Virus record (IMG/VR): IMGVR_UViG_3300012952_000109
Coordinates: 1-26,729 of that record
Strand: one strand, 5' to 3'
DNA from: a virus
Taxonomy: Duplodnaviria; Caudoviricetes
Length of the DNA stretch: 26,729 nucleotides
Positions within the stretch are counted from its first letter, which is position 1, and each line of letters opens with the position of its first letter. This document shows positions 23,542 through 26,729 of the stretch, piece after piece. The translations under genes and the position numbers were made by a program. The notes beneath the pieces were generated by a model that was given only the letters and a program-made list of their open reading frames with translations, had not been told where the DNA came from and did no database searches.

Positions 23542-24276
23542 TTAGACTGAATCTACGATTGACTCTGTAAATTCAGCTGAGGCTTGTTTCATCTCACGAC
23601 CAACAGTGCTCTCTGTATAACGATTATTGTAATAATCAGCGAGGCGTTCGAATCGTCCAAAAACAGCCCTTTCTACTCGTCCTCTGTCGAGACTAAATTG
23701 GCCATTTATGTTAAATAATGTCCAAAGTTCGCTTGACGCGTCTCTAAGTAAACGAGCCTTAATACCAAGATGATGCATCTTAGTTTCAAGATCTAGAAAA
23801 GATTGAGGTTGATCTAGCTCAGGATTGAGTTGTCTAGCCCATGACGTATAGTCATAGATAGCGCATATAAACTCAGCCCATGTTCTAGTCATTTCACTCA
23901 ATGTGTTGTAACCAGAAGTAGGTGCGTCAACTTCAAGTAAGGGTTTCTTACCTTCAATTATTGCTTCTACTTGTGATTGGTACTGTTGTAAAGCTTCGTC
24001 TTCGAAGTTTACATCAGTCTTTGCTTTAGTATCGAAGATAGCCATACAAGCTTCTACAGTTGCACTGCTAACTTGTACTTCACCATTCTTCACTAAATAG
24101 TCACGATAGACTCTTTCTGGAAAGTCTTTGTTTCCAGGTTTTGCTCTAGCTTCAGCTCCATCGGGATCAGCCATAGTGTCATCGTTAATATCATCGTGTG
24201 AGGTTGGTTCGTCAGATGGTAAGAGCTCCTCAGTCTCTAACTCTGTTGGATCAAAATGATCTTTTGGATTTGCCAT
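23542..24276 (-). CDS. hypothetical early protein (244 aa, acidic N-terminus)
   Basis: Long ORF with AAGGAG RBS; no recognisable motif. Confidence 0.85.
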   Translation of the reverse strand: MANPKDHFDPTELETEELLPSDEPTSHDDINDDTMADPDGAEARAKPGNKDFPERVYRDYLVKNGEVQVSSATVEACMAIFDTKAKTDVNFEDEALQQYQSQVEAIIEGKKPLLEVDAPTSGYNTLSEMTRTWAEFICAIYDYTSWARQLNPELDQPQSFLDLETKMHHLGIKARLLRDASSELWTLFNINGQFSLDRGRVERAVFGRFERLADYYNNRYTESTVGREMKQASAEFTESIVDSV

Positions 24277-24499
24277 AATTTACTCCTTACGTTAATCCTA
24301 TTAATAAAATAAACTCATAACTTTGAGTTCAATAACTGGAAAGGCTCTAGGCCTATTCCGAATCTAGGTAAACTAGACTTATGGGAGAACCATTATTTGA
24401 GAATAATACTTCTCCATTCTGATGTGTACTTACATACCACATAGATATACTCCTAACTGTTAAATTCAAAAAATAAAAGGATCAATAAATCCTCTCACT

Positions 24500-25010
24500 T
24501 TAACCACTACCACCTCTACCACGAGCTTCGTGGAACGAAGCTAGCTGTCAACACTGTCGGATAAGTTAAGCGAAGCTAGCCGAACGGGGGCGAACCCGCA
24601 GGAGCGAGCGACTAACAGAAGCGAGCGAAGTTCGCCAAGAGATGCGAGTTATGAAAGAACGAGCGTTGACGAAGGCTACCTGAGTGGTTGTTGAATTGTT
24701 GATACACGACCGAGATTATAAGCAAAGCCTGGCTGGGCGAAGGTTGAGCGACCAAGCTTATCGTTGGGAACGAGGGAAATACATGTATGACCGAGTGAAT
24801 AGCAGAGATAGATAAGCGAGGGAGCGAACCGAGAGTTTTAGCTCGGTCAGGTACTTATAACGAGTGAGCGTACTGATGGCGAAGGCTGAAAGCCTGCGAG
24901 CGACTAACAGGAGTGAGCTTAGGAGCCATCATAGGAGCGAGCGAAGTTAAACGAAGCCCGAAGCTGAGTGTTAAGTAGCTGTCCTCGCTAAAACCTTATA
25001 AAATCGAGGG
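24500..25010. other. purine-skewed, hairpin-rich non-coding region with recurrent GAGCGA/CGAAG motifs
   Basis: No ORF in the track; GCGAGCGACTAACAG and AGCGAGCGAAGTT each occur twice; several nested inverted repeats. Confidence 0.7.
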
Positions 25011-25011
25011 A

Positions 25012-25340
25012 GTGTACCAGTAACTAGTCGTATTGTGGTACACCCGTAAGCTATTGATTATATTGATGAAACTGTCGTTGGTGTACCAGTACTAAAATTG
25101 TGGTGGTACACCCGTAAACCATTGATATTTAAGCATTATTAGAGGTTTTGTACCATTTGTACCGTTATTCTTTAAGTTTATACCTAAAAATAACTGTCTA
25201 TGATCTACGGTCTATTAAATAAATAAGCCGAAATACATGGTACATCTGGTACAGCTGGTACAACAGCTGAAAAAGTCAATAAAAACAGTAGTTTCCGGTG
25301 TACCGGTATGAATATTAGTTGGTGGTACAAGTGGTACACA
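25012..25340. repeat. cluster of about 12 GGTACA/TGTACC motifs in both orientations; candidate origin iterons
   Basis: Two ~46-bp imperfect direct repeats (25012-25058, 25082-25126), each GTGTACCA...TGGTACAC; further copies flank an AT-rich stretch at about 25165-25225. Confidence 0.7.
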
Positions 25341-25793
25341 CCGCCCGAGGGGCGTTGAACATTGGCTGTAGACCATGATTTATGGCCTAAGATCCACATC
25401 GCTGGCGCGATGATAGTAGTAATTGGCACATAAACAGCACATGATAGTAGTGGCACACGCCCAAACCGTCCCAACCTAAAGGCGCGGGAGCTTTAGCTCA
25501 AGGGTGAGTGACCTCTGGTCACGATCCCCGCGCCATAAAAGTGCGAGCGCGTAGCGCGAGCTCATTTGCTTTTGTGTTTAAATGGAATAGGGGGAATTGA
25601 ACCCCCCTTGTTGTAATATTAATACTGTTTCATACGTTAGATTATAGTCATAAGATTCAATGACAAATGACTATAAGAGCTAAAATACGTCATATATTAA
25701 TATATAACTAGAGCTTCATCTCTAGTTTGAACGACGCGTAATAAATTACATGCCAGCCAGACCGACTGGTATCCCACCCTTTCGGGAAGACGA

Positions 25794-26006
25794 TTAATCA
25801 GGAATGTTGTTCTTGTAACGTTCTCCGTAGGTTAAATAGTCTTGATACTTTTTGTCTTCTAAAGATTCAACACCTTCATCTGACATAAAGTCTTTCATGA
25901 ATTCTACATGAGCTATAAGAACAGGAGAGATAATACACATTAGAACTGTGTATATTAGCCCTGCTATTATTACTACGATACAAGCTAGTGATATTAGTAT
26001 ATCCAT
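25794..26006 (-). CDS. small membrane protein
   Basis: 70 aa, long N-terminal hydrophobic segment, GGAG RBS. Confidence 0.7.
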   Translation of the reverse strand: MDILISLACIVVIIAGLIYTVLMCIISPVLIAHVEFMKDFMSDEGVESLEDKKYQDYLTYGERYKNNIPD

Positions 26007-26062
26007 GCTGTTCTCCGTTGTTAATGATAGTAGTAAAGGGGGTTTTTACACCCCCGATACCG

Positions 26063-26275
26063 TTATGCCTTTCTAGCAAAGTCGAAAGGTAGTTTCCTTT
26101 TGGCTTTGCTATCAGCCTCGTTAGCCTGTTCCTCAGGCTTATCCATTTCTTTCTTTACATCTTCTGTAAAGCTAGAAGTTGATTTTTTAATTCCTTTAGC
26201 GAGGCTGAGAACCGTAGCTGTACTTTTGACAGCTACGTTTCTAAGGTTGGGGACACTAAGAGTTATTTTTGCCAT
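26063..26275 (-). CDS. hypothetical protein
   Basis: 70 aa, GGAG RBS; followed by a GGGGG/CCCCC hairpin at about 26038-26055. Confidence 0.7.
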   Translation of the reverse strand: MAKITLSVPNLRNVAVKSTATVLSLAKGIKKSTSSFTEDVKKEMDKPEEQANEADSKAKRKLPFDFARKA

Positions 26276-26489
26276 TGGCTTCTCCCTTATTGTCTAGAGG
26301 GAATAAAGATATTCTTTCAATGGAACCATTGTTTACCATTGGTAAAGAATCGAGGTCAATATTGACTCCGTTCCCTTGTTGAGTAGATGAGCCGAAACCA
26401 AGTTGAACTGGTCGTTGCTTCATTACGTCATTACCGTTTTCGTCCTTAGCTGGATAGCCACGGTAGGCTTTTACTACAAATCTGTCCAT
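26256..26489 (-). CDS. hypothetical small beta-rich protein
   Basis: 77 aa, AAGGAG RBS; 'LGFG.....GNGVNIDLDSLP' motif. Confidence 0.75.
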   Translation of the reverse strand: MDRFVVKAYRGYPAKDENGNDVMKQRPVQLGFGSSTQQGNGVNIDLDSLPMVNNGSIERISLFPLDNKGEANGKNNS

Positions 26490-26729
26490 AATTACTCCTT
26501 ATATATGATAGTAGTTAGTTAATAAAAGAAATCGGTAATACACCCCAACACCCTACTTTATCGGGCGAATATCTAACAGGTGTACTACCTTTTTCACACC
26601 AGACACCTACGACTTACTCGCTGGGGGCGAGTAAGCGACCGAAAATGCCTAGTATTGATAACACAATGCCTAATGGAATACTCCATAGGACATATGTGAA
26701 ACGATAATCATCTTGTGGGTATACATCGA

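Noticed and set aside
25205-25474. 89-aa minus-strand ORF
   Set aside because: TTG start without a clear RBS, atypical composition, and it runs across the GGTACA motif cluster.
25580-25660. tRNA gene on the minus strand (GGTTCAATTCC T-loop followed by CCA)
   Set aside because: No matching acceptor stem, D-arm or anticodon arm upstream; only an isolated T-arm-like hairpin.

Overview
AT-rich fragment of a dsDNA tailed bacteriophage, probably marine and, given the csrA homologue, probably infecting a proteobacterium. From 1 to 5.1 kb is the end of a plus-strand late/accessory block: a tail-associated gene end, tiny basic proteins, a secreted Asn-Thr repeat protein, a secreted acidic Cys-repeat protein and an HNH nuclease. 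It meets a long minus-strand block at a bidirectional terminator. That block has a replication module (SSB-like protein, SNF2 helicase, PD-(D/E)XK nuclease, primase-helicase, csrA, family A DNA polymerase), a SET-domain protein, a MoxR-type ATPase with a VWA/metallopeptidase partner, two Nmad5-like paralogs and early hypothetical genes. A structured non-coding region with iteron-like motifs lies at about 24.5-25.6 kb. The standout feature is at 16.5-18.4 kb: a stand-alone Cas7-like RAMP gene and an overlapping partner gene, then a structured leader and a non-coding array. The array has nine GGCAGTY repeats separating eight variable units, each built on a 5-nt period of a conserved GGY-like triplet plus a variable dinucleotide. 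It is not a canonical CRISPR array and looks like a phage RNA-guided system with an interrupted guide code. All family calls come from motif recognition by eye; no database searches were run.
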